Virus record (IMG/VR): IMGVR_UViG_3300049218_000313
Coordinates: 1 to 51,160 of that record
Length of the DNA stretch: 51,160 nt
Source: a virus
Reading direction: 5' to 3' (one strand)
The position numbers and the translations under genes were made by a program. Below, one piece after another: positions 25,201-33,454 of the stretch (the stretch's first letter is position 1; each line of letters starts with the position of its first letter). The notes under the pieces are model-generated. The model had not been told where the DNA came from. It saw nothing but the letters and a program-made list of their open reading frames with translations, and ran no database searches.

Positions 25201-28200
25201 AGGACGCGGTCTACCTCGCTGCCCTTCACCGTGCGGAGACGCGCCTCCGCCTTCGGCAGCTCCTTGCTGACGTCGATACGGTCGAGCAGCATCTTGATGC
25301 CCGCACCCCCGGTCACCCCGGCACCGGCGTCGGTGATGTTGCCGCTGGCCGTGACGCCCTTCTGTCCCTGCACGACAGCGAGGAAGTCCTTTCCCGTAAG
25401 ACCAGTGAGGCTCTTGATGGGCGACTCGAACAGGGGGTTGGGCACCGGCTCCGCAAGACCGATGCGCGTCCACTGCTTGCCCCCGTGACCTCCAGTCCTC
25501 GCCTCGTCGAACAGTCCGCCCGGGCGCGGCTTGAGGTCTCCGTTCTTGTCGACCTTGGACTCGACGAGGTCTGCCGGATTGGGCAGCTCCTTCTTCGCCA
25601 GCTGAAGGATCTGGGCATCCGTCATCGGCGTGAGCATGATCTCGTGGCCCTTCTTGTCCACGTTCACACCCGCACCTCGCAGCATGTCGGTGAACTTCTG
25701 GAAGGCAAAGGTGGGCTTGGGCGTGGGGTAGGGAGCGCCTGTCTGCATCGCAGCCCAGATGCGGTCGTGGTCCGAGGGCCATCGCTTCGCTGGGTTGGTC
25801 TGCGGGTCAGGACCCTCCGACTTGTACGTCTGCATCTCGCGGATGTTGGCCTTGGCGCCGTGCGCGAGTAGCGCGTACATCCCGAGGGTGCCCATCGACT
25901 GGCCACCCGTGCCAGAGCCGCTCGAGGGCTGCAGGTTCAGGTCCCAGCCCTGCTGCGGAGCGCCCATGATGTTCATCCCGCTGCGCACCGAGAGCTTCTT
26001 CTCGACCTGATGGACGAGCTTCAGGTGGTGCTGCGGACCGACCATCACCTGCCCGAGCGACTTCTTGGTGGCAGGGTCGAACAGCTCCTCGGTGTCCGAC
26101 AGCCCATGCTCCTTGAGCTCTGAGCGTACGCGAGCGAGGGCGTCAGTGTTCGGTTCGAAGTTGCGAACGACGTAGGTCTTGCCTGTCTTCTCGGCGATCT
26201 TGCCCGCGGCCGTCTCGAGCAGCTGGCCCATGTTCATGCGCCCCGGCACACCGCTCGGATTGAGCGCGACCTCGATGTGCTTGCCGTCCTTGGTGTGCGG
26301 CATCTCGGCATCTGGAAGGATCATCGTGACGATGCCCTTGTTGCCGTACCGACCGGACATCTTGTCGCCCACCTGCATCGGCTCGACGGTGCGCACGTGC
26401 ACGTCCAGGCCGTTCTTGTTCTTGTGGACAGCGACGACTTCACCCTCGAAGTCGCTGTCCCAGCGCAAGCTCTTGTCGGTGTGCGAGCCGCTCATATTCT
26501 TGCGGATGGCCGCGAGCCCAGAACGGTCCTTGATGTTGTACGGCTTCATCGCCGCGATGAGCGGGTCGCCTGGCTGCACCCGCTGGCCCACGCGAATGAT
26601 GCCGTTGTCGTCGAGCTTCGCGTACTGCTCCTTGCTGTAGAGCCCGGGCTGCTTGAGGTGGAACTGCTTCTTGTCGAGGACGGTGGCCTCGTCCTTCGGC
26701 AGCGTGTTCTTGGTGAGGTGCTCGCTCGACAGCTTGTCGGCCGCGCTCTGCGAGATGACGATGCCGTCCTCGAAGTTGTAGCCCTTGAAGGGGATGTACG
26801 CGGTGCGCAGGTTGGTGCCGAGTGCCAGCGTCCCGTTCTTCGAGTAGTTCGTGTCGGCGATGACCTGCCCGGTCTTCACCGCGTCCCCGACCTTCACGAG
26901 GGGCGTCGAGTGCAAGACACCCTTGGCGTCGTTGAGCGGGTAGTTGTGGTACAGCTGCACCTCATGGCGCTTGCCGCCATGGTCCTCGAGGATGATGGCG
27001 TCCTTCTTGACGTCGACGACCTTGCCATCCACCGTGGCCTGATGCGACGCCTGCCGTCCAACGAGCTCCTCAAACGTGGGCGTAGTCGACATGCCCGTGC
27101 CGACCTGCACCAACGCGGGTGTGCGATGCACGAGGGAGATGGCCTGCTCGATGTGACGGCTGGCCATCGAAGCGCGTCCGCCGCTGGTGTTGGCCAGGAA
27201 GGGCACGAGGTTTGAGGTCATGTTGAAGAGCTGCCACGCGTGAGGCAGCACGTACTGCGCGTCGGAGAACTTGCCGTCGCGGACGTCGTTCTTGCCCGCG
27301 GTGGTCATACGCACGACGCCATGAAGTGGCTTGGGCTTGCCGCGGTCCCAGCGCACCTGGTCGGGTAGAACAACATTGGCGTGCAGGAACTGGCCTGCGC
27401 CGACGTCCTCCATCTGACCCGTGGCGATGTTGTGCAGGCGGATCTTCGCTTCGTTGCCGACCTTGCGTACGCCGACAGGCAACCGGAGCGTGACGCCTGT
27501 CTTGTTGCCCTCGGGGGTGTTGATGGGATCGAGGAACCCGAGGTGCGTCGGGTTGATGAACTTCGCCTCGTCCGTGATCGAGCGCTCGCTCTTGATGCCG
27601 CCCGTGCCCATCACGGTCGTCTGCATCGCCGCCGAGACCATCTCCACGGGGTTGATCTGCGAGGCCACGCGCGCTGCGCTGTTCTTGGTGAAGGCCTCAC
27701 GCAGCGGTCTGTTGAAGACATCGAAGCGGACAATCTCGCGGATGTCCGACTTGTGAAGCTGCCGCACGATCTTCGGCTTGATGGTCTTCGACCCTGCGTT
27801 ACGGATGGTGTCGTGTGCGAAGTCTCCCACCGTCACGAGGTCCTTGAAGACGAGCGAGTCTCGGTCGTCTTCGGGATGCCCGCCCTGCACCTTCAACATC
27901 TTCTCGGTGGCCAGCCGCAGAGCCTCGCCCGTGACGTTGGAGAACGGCTTGCCCACCGTGATCGCCGTCGCTTCGGGGCGCAGCGGTGAGGCCGTCATCA
28001 TCTCGTGGAAGTACGCGGCCGCGGTCTCCCTATCGGGAGGGGCCACCTTCTTGTTCAGCTTGTAGAACTGGTCGAGGACACCGCTGGACTTGCGAGCGTC
28101 GCGGTTGGCCGCGAAGATCTCGTGCCCCCACGCCTTCTCGAGCTCGTGGTCCTCGACTCCCATCGTCTTGAGCAGCGGGTAGAGCGGCATGCTCGCCTTG

Positions 28201-28685
28201 CTCCCGCCGTAGTGCATGGAGAAGGTCTTCTTCGTCGGGTCGAGCATCAGGTCGAAGGCGCGCGTACCCTTGCTGGCGACGTTGAAGTGCGCCTCGACCT
28301 CACCCGTAGCGTCACGCCGCGTGTAAATGTTGGGCTTGAGGCGCCACTGGTTGTCGACCTGGTACTCCTGACCGTCGACGATGTACGAGTAACGCCCGGT
28401 CGTCTTGGGGATCTCCGCGACACGCACGCGGCGCTGGTCCACGATAGCGCCCGTTGTGTTGTCCTTGAGGGTCAGATGGGCGAACACTGGTACGGCCCAG
28501 GTGTCCCCCGTGACCTTCGCGTGATGCTGCCCGCGGATGTCATCCGTGTGCAGGGTGTCCTTCACCTCGAGCTTGTCGAGGTGCAGCGTCTGGGACCGGC
28601 CCTTGACGGGGAACTGTCCCTGGATGCCGTCCAGGACGCGCCCCTTCAGGTGCTCGAACGCTTCTTTGGGGTCGAGGTAAGCCAC
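22245..28685 (-). CDS. rpoBC: Single-chain fused beta-beta' multisubunit-type RNA polymerase (2146 aa)
   Basis: beta motifs: INPTHLGFLDPINTPEG, GYNFEDGIVIS, GDKMSGRYGNKG, LNPSGVPGRMNMGQ, LKLVHQVEKKLSVR, GGQSMG. beta' motifs: LPVIPP.MRP, LLKRDPVLH, catalytic NADFDGD (24465-24485), HGARRG bridge helix, RSPLKC..GICQKC, trigger loop GERSVQLAMKSFHTGG. The junction is near 25655. Confidence 0.95.
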   Translation of the reverse strand: MAYLDPKEAFEHLKGRVLDGIQGQFPVKGRSQTLHLDKLEVKDTLHTDDIRGQHHAKVTGDTWAVPVFAHLTLKDNTTGAIVDQRRVRVAEIPKTTGRYSYIVDGQEYQVDNQWRLKPNIYTRRDATGEVEAHFNVASKGTRAFDLMLDPTKKTFSMHYGGSKASMPLYPLLKTMGVEDHELEKAWGHEIFAANRDARKSSGVLDQFYKLNKKVAPPDRETAAAYFHEMMTASPLRPEATAITVGKPFSNVTGEALRLATEKMLKVQGGHPEDDRDSLVFKDLVTVGDFAHDTIRNAGSKTIKPKIVRQLHKSDIREIVRFDVFNRPLREAFTKNSAARVASQINPVEMVSAAMQTTVMGTGGIKSERSITDEAKFINPTHLGFLDPINTPEGNKTGVTLRLPVGVRKVGNEAKIRLHNIATGQMEDVGAGQFLHANVVLPDQVRWDRGKPKPLHGVVRMTTAGKNDVRDGKFSDAQYVLPHAWQLFNMTSNLVPFLANTSGGRASMASRHIEQAISLVHRTPALVQVGTGMSTTPTFEELVGRQASHQATVDGKVVDVKKDAIILEDHGGKRHEVQLYHNYPLNDAKGVLHSTPLVKVGDAVKTGQVIADTNYSKNGTLALGTNLRTAYIPFKGYNFEDGIVISQSAADKLSSEHLTKNTLPKDEATVLDKKQFHLKQPGLYSKEQYAKLDDNGIIRVGQRVQPGDPLIAAMKPYNIKDRSGLAAIRKNMSGSHTDKSLRWDSDFEGEVVAVHKNKNGLDVHVRTVEPMQVGDKMSGRYGNKGIVTMILPDAEMPHTKDGKHIEVALNPSGVPGRMNMGQLLETAAGKIAEKTGKTYVVRNFEPNTDALARVRSELKEHGLSDTEELFDPATKKSLGQVMVGPQHHLKLVHQVEKKLSVRSGMNIMGAPQQGWDLNLQPSSGSGTGGQSMGTLGMYALLAHGAKANIREMQTYKSEGPDPQTNPAKRWPSDHDRIWAAMQTGAPYPTPKPTFAFQKFTDMLRGAGVNVDKKGHEIMLTPMTDAQILQLAKKELPNPADLVESKVDKNGDLKPRPGGLFDEARTGGHGGKQWTRIGLAEPVPNPLFESPIKSLTGLTGKDFLAVVQGQKGVTASGNITDAGAGVTGGAGIKMLLDRIDVSKELPKAEARLRTVKGSEVDRVLKKVKYLRALDQLKLKPSEAYILHNLPVIPPVMRPVSQLPDGSIKFADVNTLYSDFAKFNDKLKDPVLAKNLTDDDKKDLRRDYYDGVKAIIGFGKSYESAEHKGLLHQISGNSPKNGFFQDRLTERRQDLTMRSTIVPEPALGLDEVGIPKHAALDLYRPFVIRKLVDMGVIKNALGGPDALMKKTPAVWRALDKAMDEHPLLLKRDPVLHKYGVQGFKPRVVEGNAIKIHPLVVGGFNADFDGDTMSAFVPITREAVAEARKMMPSNNLFSEATGKVMYQPTLESALGLYKLSLVGKDSHKTFAHPGAVLEAVNKGDIHATDIVHMDGKKTTAGRVLLASALPEDMAAKTLHDLDYRIDKKGLSALLTQIGKDPVHSSKYGEIVNRMKDLGNGAAFGIVTVPRPNAAGHILSFHSMGSSPVAATDPKKTIDIPVGAHTLSLSDFTPDTRVRSHVLGVAHQKVDNIHGGKGTLAEKDRQSVAVYRQAEKEMQALHEKEQEKHPNNLFTMYKAGVKPEWDQYKQMVLAPMIYKDSADRPIPTPVTKSYSEGLDVGGYWTQLHGARRGTVMKVQEVSGPGYMTKLLMNNTMNILVNEPDCGTSKGIVLDINEKDVHDRYLQQGFKQGHLDFPPGTLLSPDVVRQIKAAKKDARIVVRSPLKCESEKGICQKCAGLSSSGREYELGTNLGVMAAQTVGERSVQLAMKSFHTGGAGEGSKALNSFKRVEQLTDLPRKIADEATLAMKSGKVEKIQPTATGVDIFIDGVAHHVGKDPSGAPLHQSLPHAALAADYIPWSPPTVGQHVKAGENLSDPNRTFVNPHHLYRATGSMEEVQNHLAKEIYNLYEGEGVKRRAIETVVRAMGNLTEIVDPGDHPDVLRGDYRPLNVIHKMNQELVREGKKPIEHKPVLRGIQVMPLELQEDWMAKLQHEKLRETLAEAAATNSVSHLHGTHPVPALAYGAEFGLTSKDSLKPGMEHLKDVPAHHY

Positions 28686-28745
28686 CGTTCACATCCTGAC
28701 CAACTGCCCGCAGCGTACCGCGCACGAAAGAACGCGCGCAAGGCA

Positions 28746-28754
28746 GGGATAAGA
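28746..28754 (+). promoter_or_regulatory. GGNATAAG candidate phage promoter
   Basis: GGGATAAGA in the divergent gap; the same motif occurs at 2319-2327(-), 38988-38996(+) and 44062-44070(+). Confidence 0.5.
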
Positions 28755-28797
28755 ACCTGGAGACGATTCTGCTCTCTTAGAAGGAGACTCTCACGGC

Positions 28798-28917
28798 ATG
28801 GACCCGAAAAAGCCGGACAACAAGGGCGCGCAGCTCGAGAAGAACATCGACGAGCTGTTCGACATGGACAACCGCGAAGACGCGGAAGAAGAGGATGCAG
28901 ACGACGAGAACGAGTGA
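28798..28917 (+). CDS. Small acidic peptide (39 aa; not in the ORF track)
   Basis: SD AAGGAG; MDPKKPDNKGAQLEKNIDELFDMDNREDAEEEDADDENE; its stop overlaps the next GTG (GTGA). Confidence 0.65.
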   Translation: MDPKKPDNKGAQLEKNIDELFDMDNREDAEEEDADDENE

Positions 28918-29063
28918 GCGTGCGCAAGACGTTCTTCTGGTTCTTCGTGGCCGGCTTCCTCAACGGGGTGCTGATCTGGATTCGTGAGCAGGTGAAGGAG
29001 AGACATGCTGATCAACGTGTACCGGGAGCGCCCGGCGGTCATCCCTGGGACACGTCTTCTTGA
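28914..29063 (+). CDS. Small single-pass membrane protein (49 aa)
   Basis: GTGA-coupled start; MSVRKTFFWFFVAGFLNGVLIWIREQVKERH... has one hydrophobic helix. Confidence 0.5.
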   Translation: MSVRKTFFWFFVAGFLNGVLIWIREQVKERHADQRVPGAPGGHPWDTSS

Positions 29064-29589
29064 GACGACCCTCGGCATAGTCGGGATGAGAATCCCAGAC
29101 CCGCAGAACATGCGGCGGGTCTGGGATGTCCAGGGCGTGTACTTGCCCCTGCCGGGGCGCGCACTGGGTGGAGTTCGCACGAAGCTTGTCGACCAGAAGG
29201 GCTTCGTGACCTTCTGCAACCAACGCGACCTAGAAGTGATGCTGGGCCTCGCCGCTCCGGGGGACTACTGCCCCTGGAGCGGCGGGGAGTACGCGGGACC
29301 GGACTACGAAGAGTGGATCGGCTTCTGCGCCGACGAAGACGACCTGCTCGACGACCTGTTCGAGCGTGAGCTGTACCTGAGGGCCCATACGCAGAGCGGC
29401 GTGCTGTCCGGCGCGTACGACATCGAGCGGCGTGTGCACCTCGGTAAGAACAACGACTGCGAGGACGTCTTCGTTCTGGTGGGTGACTACGACTTCGATA
29501 CGGGACTGTTCCCCGACGTTCGGTTCGAGACTGTGGAACGGAGGTGGTCGAGAGCTGAAAGGAGACGAGTTCGATGGGAACAGAGCTGA
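29005..29589 (+). CDS. Hypothetical protein (194 aa, acidic)
   Basis: SD AAGGAG; clean ORF. Confidence 0.7.
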   Translation: MLINVYRERPAVIPGTRLLETTLGIVGMRIPDPQNMRRVWDVQGVYLPLPGRALGGVRTKLVDQKGFVTFCNQRDLEVMLGLAAPGDYCPWSGGEYAGPDYEEWIGFCADEDDLLDDLFERELYLRAHTQSGVLSGAYDIERRVHLGKNNDCEDVFVLVGDYDFDTGLFPDVRFETVERRWSRAERRRVRWEQS

Positions 29590-30197
29590 CGACTGAGTAC
29601 CTCGAGTTGTATCCGACTGGGCACGTCTGTGCGGATTGTGGTGACCAGATCAAGTACGCCGAGGAAGGATGGCTGCTACAGATCGTACAGCCGCAGCGGC
29701 TGAACGGGGTCACGTACCTGCACAACGTCATAGACGAAAACGACCCTGACGGCGACTTCTTGTACGACCCCTACTTCTTCTGCTTCGAGTGCATGGAGAC
29801 TCTGCTCTCCGACCTACGAGATGAGATTGCCGACGAACCCCCGGTCAAGGACCTGCCGGGGCACAGCGGCTTCGAGTGCTTCTGCTGCAGCAGCGAGATT
29901 CGCAAGTGGGAGTACACCGGGAGCCTCAGCCTCGGCGAGTTCCGCGTATCGAAGCGTGCTCCCAACGGCGTGCGGGGGCCACACTTCGTACCCAACTGCG
30001 AGCCCGAGCTCGTCTGCATCTACTGCCTGGTGCTTCTAAACGAGGGATGGATCGACATGTGGGAGAACCTCTCTCACACGGGCGAGTGCAACGACTGCAT
30101 CCAGCTGCGCTGCTGGCGCTACGGTGGTTCGTGCTCCTGCGCGTGCCACAACGGCACGGTGACTGAAGTAACACAAGATGGAGAACAGAATGTCTGA
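29574..30197 (+). CDS. Cys-rich multi-zinc-finger protein (207 aa)
   Basis: CADC, CFEC, CFCC, CIYC, CNDC..C and CSCAC; the two halves look internally duplicated. Confidence 0.7.
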   Translation: MGTELTTEYLELYPTGHVCADCGDQIKYAEEGWLLQIVQPQRLNGVTYLHNVIDENDPDGDFLYDPYFFCFECMETLLSDLRDEIADEPPVKDLPGHSGFECFCCSSEIRKWEYTGSLSLGEFRVSKRAPNGVRGPHFVPNCEPELVCIYCLVLLNEGWIDMWENLSHTGECNDCIQLRCWRYGGSCSCACHNGTVTEVTQDGEQNV

Positions 30198-31407
30198 CAC
30201 AATGACGGCGACTCTTTCGACCGGCAGCCTCGAGAAGCTCCTGAGCATCGCGATGCTCGCGCCGATGGACGACCCGCACTCGCCGAGGTGCAGGTGGGGC
30301 GCGCCCATCCTCTTCTGGGGCCCGCCGGGCATCGGCAAGTCTGGCCGCGTCGAGCAGGCCGGCGCGAACGTCGGGCTGCCGGTAGAGACGTTGTACTTGT
30401 CGACCTTGCAGCCCGAGGACCTCTCGGGCATCCCGATGCAGGACCCGCAAACGGGCGGCGCTCGTCGCGTCTGCGATCTGCCGCAGATCCTCAACCTCAT
30501 CGAGGCCAAGAAGGGCATCCTCTTCCTCGACGAGCTGACCACGGCCAGGCCCGCGGTTCAGGGCGCTGGCCTCGGCGTCGTCTACAACCGCAAGGTCGCA
30601 GGCAAGTCGCTGCCGGGCCGCGTGCGCGTCGTCGGCGCCGCGAACCCGCCCGAGGAAGCCGCAGGTGGGTGGAACCTCGCTCCCCCCATGGCCAACCGCC
30701 TGCTGCACTTCTCGGTCGGCGTTCCTGACGTCGAGGAGTGGACGGCGTGGCTACTGGGCAACTCGAACGAGGAAGTCATTCCCGTCGAGCAGGGCGAAGA
30801 GGTCGTCACCTCTTCGTGGAACGAGCACTGGTCGAAGGTCTGCGGTCTCAGCGCAGGCTTCATGCGGCGCAACCCGCGTCTGCTCTACAACATGCCCAAG
30901 CAGGGCCACAAGGACCGCGGCCGCGCGTGGTGCTCACCGCGCTCGTGGGAGGTTGCCCTGCGCTGCATCGCCACGGCCAACGCGCTCGGCCTGAGTGAGT
31001 ACGGCACGGACCTGCTGACCGCTTCGTGCGGTGAAGGACCGGCGAAGGAGTGGGTGGAGTGGCTGGCCTACGCCAACCTGCCCGACCCCAAGGACATGCT
31101 CGAGAAGGGATGGCGCGCGGACAAGCGCCGTCTGGACGTCGCGTACGCGGCGTACTCCGCGGCTATCGGCTACACGCTCGGCAAGAAGGACAAGGACGAG
31201 CAGAAAAAGTACGCCATCATGGCGTGGACGCTTCTCCGTGTGGCGGTCGAGGACAACCTCGCCGACCTGGCTCTCGCTCCGGCAGCGTCGCTGATGCACG
31301 CCGGGTACACGACAAAGGCCGGCCCTGAGATGCAAGCCGTCTGCAGGTCCGTCATCGCACGCTTCGGCGAAACGGGCCTGGCCAACTTCTCGAGGAAGAA
31401 CACGTGA
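30190..31407 (+). CDS. MoxR-family AAA+ ATPase
   Basis: Walker A GPPGIGKS, Walker B ILFLDE, sensor 1 GAANP, arginine finger PMANR, sensor 2 SPRSWE. Confidence 0.9.
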   Translation: MSDTMTATLSTGSLEKLLSIAMLAPMDDPHSPRCRWGAPILFWGPPGIGKSGRVEQAGANVGLPVETLYLSTLQPEDLSGIPMQDPQTGGARRVCDLPQILNLIEAKKGILFLDELTTARPAVQGAGLGVVYNRKVAGKSLPGRVRVVGAANPPEEAAGGWNLAPPMANRLLHFSVGVPDVEEWTAWLLGNSNEEVIPVEQGEEVVTSSWNEHWSKVCGLSAGFMRRNPRLLYNMPKQGHKDRGRAWCSPRSWEVALRCIATANALGLSEYGTDLLTASCGEGPAKEWVEWLAYANLPDPKDMLEKGWRADKRRLDVAYAAYSAAIGYTLGKKDKDEQKKYAIMAWTLLRVAVEDNLADLALAPAASLMHAGYTTKAGPEMQAVCRSVIARFGETGLANFSRKNT

Positions 31408-32945
31408 ACGCGGTCGACAACAGGTTCGACCCTGGTGAAGAGAAGATGGCCGTGGCACGTGCCGCGGCCATCCACAAGGCTCCTTACTTCGCCAGCGTCA
31501 TCTACGGCTTCGTGTTCACCCCCCTCGAGGGGATCGGTACGATGCTCTGCACGCCGAGGCTCATCCTCGGCTATGACCCCGCATGGGCGGCCGCCGCCCC
31601 TGTAGAGGTACTGGCTGCGGACATCGCGCACGAGGTGCACCACTACATCCGCAAGCACTTCGAACGCGCCGTCAGTATCGACGACCCGGCCTTGTTCAAC
31701 ATTGCCGGCGACCTCGCCATCAACCCCCAGCTCATTGCCGAAGGTTGGAAGCTGGCCGCGGAAGCCATCTTCCCCAAGAACTTCGGCCTGCCTGACGGGC
31801 TGACGACCGAGGAGTACTACCAGCTGCTGCGCCAACAGAAGCAGAAGGGCGGCGGCGGGAAGGACGAAGAAGAGAAGCCCGGTCAGGGTGGCGCGCAAGG
31901 ACAGGGACAAGGGGAACCCAACAGCTCGCAGGCACCACCGCAAAACCCCGGCTCCGGCAAGCCGTCACCGGGTCAGGAACAGGGGCAACAACCTAACCAG
32001 GGACAGGGACAGCAGCCCGGCTCTGGGAAACAGTCTGACCAAGGACCTCCTGGTAGTGGCGGAGGCCAACAAGGACAAGGCAAGGGCGTCTGCCAGGGGC
32101 ACTGCGGTGGCCTTGGTGGCACCTCCGAGCACAAGAGCCTGGAAAAGCAGCTCGATGGAACTGCGGACCTCGGGCGCACTACGGCCGAGATCAAGACCAT
32201 CGAGGTGCGTCTCGCCAACGACATCAAGAAGCACATCGAGCAGCACGGGCGCGGGTCCGTGCCTGCCGGTCTGCAGGACTGGGCATCCGCCATCGAGGAG
32301 GAGTCGCACATCCGCTGGCAGGACGAGCTCGCACATGTTCTTCGCGACACCACCGGCCGCGTACAGGCTGGTGGTGACGACTTCTCGCTGCGCCGCCCCT
32401 CTCGGCGCTCGCTGCTGCGCGGGTTCTTGCGCCCGGGCATGATCGAGAACCTGCCCGAGGTGGCCATCATCCGCGACACCTCTGGTTCCATGGGCCAGAA
32501 GCAGCTCACCGACGCCTGCAAGGAGTCCTACGCCATCATGCAGGCGCTCGGAATCGATGAGGTGTGGTTCGCCGACGCAGACACGCAGATCGCCACTCCG
32601 TGGAAGCGCGTCGGGCCGCAGTTCTTCGTGGAGCTAAAAGAAGCACACGGCCGCGGAGGCACTGACTTCCGCAGCGGCATCGAGACGGCGCGGAGGCTCA
32701 ATCCGCGGCCCGACCTCATTGTGTACGTGACCGACGGCGACGGTACGACCACGAAGATGCCGCCGCCGGACGTGGCGGTCGTCTGGGCCATCGTGCCCAG
32801 CTACTACAACAAGGCCCCTGCGAAGTGGGGCCACTGCGTCATCATCTCCGACGACCCCAAGGTCAAGAAGAAGGGGACGGTCTTCGGCGCGGACAACGAG
32901 TACGACACTGGCGAAGATGACAACGGAGAGGAGCTCGACGCATGA
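31404..32945 (+). CDS. HExxH metallopeptidase-like plus vWA domain protein (DUF2201-type)
   Basis: IAHEVHH, FNIAGDLAIN, a Gln/Gly-rich linker, MIDAS DTSGS, GRGGTDF and VTDGDG; GTGA-coupled to the MoxR gene. Confidence 0.88.
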   Translation: MNAVDNRFDPGEEKMAVARAAAIHKAPYFASVIYGFVFTPLEGIGTMLCTPRLILGYDPAWAAAAPVEVLAADIAHEVHHYIRKHFERAVSIDDPALFNIAGDLAINPQLIAEGWKLAAEAIFPKNFGLPDGLTTEEYYQLLRQQKQKGGGGKDEEEKPGQGGAQGQGQGEPNSSQAPPQNPGSGKPSPGQEQGQQPNQGQGQQPGSGKQSDQGPPGSGGGQQGQGKGVCQGHCGGLGGTSEHKSLEKQLDGTADLGRTTAEIKTIEVRLANDIKKHIEQHGRGSVPAGLQDWASAIEEESHIRWQDELAHVLRDTTGRVQAGGDDFSLRRPSRRSLLRGFLRPGMIENLPEVAIIRDTSGSMGQKQLTDACKESYAIMQALGIDEVWFADADTQIATPWKRVGPQFFVELKEAHGRGGTDFRSGIETARRLNPRPDLIVYVTDGDGTTTKMPPPDVAVVWAIVPSYYNKAPAKWGHCVIISDDPKVKKKGTVFGADNEYDTGEDDNGEELDA

Positions 32946-33418
32946 CAACGCCCGTTGTCGATCCTGACTTCGAGGGCTACGTCGACCTGCGGGCGCACTT
33001 CAAGAGAGCGCAGATCAACGTACTGGCAGCAGCTCACCGGGTTCTTGAGCAGTACAAAGACCCGGAGAGGTTCGTGACCGAGATACTGAATCAGCGCGTG
33101 GCGAACGCGGTACATCGAGCCCTGGGCTTTAGGTCTTTCGACGAGTTAGAGGCAGACAGTCCGCTAGGAAGAGCACTACTTCCGCGCATGCAGCCCATCG
33201 CAGAAAAATGGGTGGCGAAGATGTTCGAGAAACCCCTGCCGCCGAAGTTCCTTGCGTCCATGCAGGCTGCGTTCATGCGGGGCTTCGATCGCCATTTGGA
33301 CAAGCTCTGCTACAGGCTCGGAGAAGAGCTCGCGCAAAAGTACCAAGAACATATCCGCTACGAACTGCTCGGCGGCATGGACTTCGTCGAGCAAACAGAA
33401 AAGAAGATGACCCGTTAG
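32942..33418 (+). CDS. Hypothetical protein (158 aa)
   Basis: ATGA overlap; visibly less GC-biased codons than its neighbours. Confidence 0.65.
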   Translation: MTTPVVDPDFEGYVDLRAHFKRAQINVLAAAHRVLEQYKDPERFVTEILNQRVANAVHRALGFRSFDELEADSPLGRALLPRMQPIAEKWVAKMFEKPLPPKFLASMQAAFMRGFDRHLDKLCYRLGEELAQKYQEHIRYELLGGMDFVEQTEKKMTR

Positions 33419-33422
33419 GGTA

Positions 33423-33454
33423 GGGGCCCCTTCGGGGGCCCCTTCGGGGGCCCC
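33423..33454. terminator. Triple GGGGCCCC palindrome with two TTCG loops between convergent genes
   Basis: GGGGCCCC-TTCG-GGGGCCCC-TTCG-GGGGCCCC forms cUUCGg tetraloop hairpins; there is only a weak CTTCTT tail. Confidence 0.65.

Noticed and set aside
22245-28685. Cellular rpoBC locus (fused rpoBC exists in Helicobacter and Wolbachia)
   Set aside because: There are no ribosomal-protein neighbours, the protein is strongly reduced and divergent, and it is flanked by phage baseplate and early genes.
31840-32090. Gln/Gly-rich quasi-repeats (GQGQ, QQPG)
   Set aside because: This is the usual low-complexity linker of metallopeptidase-vWA proteins, not a DNA repeat array.
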